Shown here piece after piece: positions 53,842-54,554 of a stretch of 54,554 nucleotides of DNA. Made by a program: the position numbers and the translations under genes. Origin of the DNA: a virus. Lineage: Duplodnaviria; Caudoviricetes. The notes under the pieces are model-generated. The model made no database searches and was not told where the DNA came from. It saw only the letters and a program-made list of their open reading frames with translations. The stretch lies in the IMG/VR virus record IMGVR_UViG_3300033998_000134, positions 1 to 54,554 of that record; one strand, written 5' to 3'. Position 1 is the stretch's first letter. Each line of letters begins with the position of its first letter.

Positions 53842-54427
53842 TGCCGTAACCCTTTATTGATTATTTCCATTGCCTGCGGGTTTGCCTGTGAATAGATCTG
53901 CTCTGCCACTTCTGGATTGATACCTTGCTGCATTGCCTGATTTTGCGCTTCCGTTTGATCTGCTTCTATCGATTGCAGCAGCTTGTCGGCAAACGGGAAT
54001 GCACCGTTCTCGAGCATCTGCTTCAAATTAATTGCTCCTGCCTGCCAGAACTGCAATAGCATATCGTTGATAATTTGACGGTACGATGCCGTCGACGTGC
54101 TCTCCGTAATGCTCAAATCAAACGATACGTCTCTCACAAGCTCAGGGTTGTACGTTATGGACTTGATTCGATTGCTGCTTCCGTTTATGTTTATGATACG
54201 TTTTTCGGTGTAGTACTGCTGTACGAGTTTCAGGTTCTTTAAATCCCTCGACTCCCTTAATTCGCGGAATGATTCAAATATCTCCATAAGTGAAGAGGAT
54301 GAGTTCTGCGTCTGTTGTAAATAAAGCGATGACGGCGTCCCCGATTTAGGTGCCTGTCCCTGCAGTGCTCCGGATACGCCGGACACTTCTTCCATCATTT
54401 TGATTTGAAGTGCAATCATATCCGTAA
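53838..54427 (-). CDS. Portal protein, 3' part
   Basis: In-frame continuation of the ORF starting at 1372 across the circular junction. Confidence 0.8.
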
Positions 54428-54554
54428 TGCCTACAGGAACGGAAGCGTTTTTGATCTGTTCGATCTTGGCATTTGGCATCGTTTTAAGCGCATCGCTATT
54501 ATAGAGTATTAAACCATCCACTCTCGTCCATTCATCCCGCAGCATCTCTTGTGT
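54428..54554. repeat. Terminal direct repeat, copy 2
   Basis: Identical to 1-127. Confidence 0.97.

Noticed and set aside
1-54554. CRISPR array, rRNA or alternative genetic code
   Set aside because: No regularly spaced repeats or rRNA-like sequence were seen; genes tile densely under the standard code using TAA, TGA and TAG stops.

Overview
The window is an apparently complete, circularly permuted genome of a temperate tailed phage, about 54.4 kb long. Bases 1-127 repeat exactly at 54428-54554, and the portal ORF reads through that junction. A Bacteroidales host is inferred from TAnnTTTG-type promoters, the integrase type, the attP tRNA fragment and the gene families. A podovirus-like virion is inferred from the nozzle and ejection-type proteins and the lack of a recognisable tape measure or tail tube. 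The modules are: head genes (portal, scaffold, major capsid), a 3944-aa polyvalent virion protein, tail genes containing a diversity-generating retroelement (DGR: target/VR, hairpin, TR, RT), a lysis cassette, terminase, a lysogeny module (tyrosine integrase, attP matching the 3' half of tRNA-Pro(GGG), CI/Cro/KilA-N/Xis) and a recombination/replication arm with an intein-split DNA methyltransferase. The most unusual signals are: (i) a 615-bp integron-cassette-like unit with an attC-like hairpin, inserted at a GTT inside a phage gene that is restored by precise excision; (ii) a rhomboid protease beside a capsid protein that has an N-terminal membrane segment; (iii) a DGR with no recognisable avd and an extra RT C-terminal domain, plus a second 'orphan' VR-like gene; (iv) a 16-bp motif at identical spacing in front of four late genes; (v) an anticodon-less tRNA-like RNA; (vi) a miniature integrase-like ORF overlapping the integrase. 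All protein calls come from reading motifs by eye; no database searches were run.
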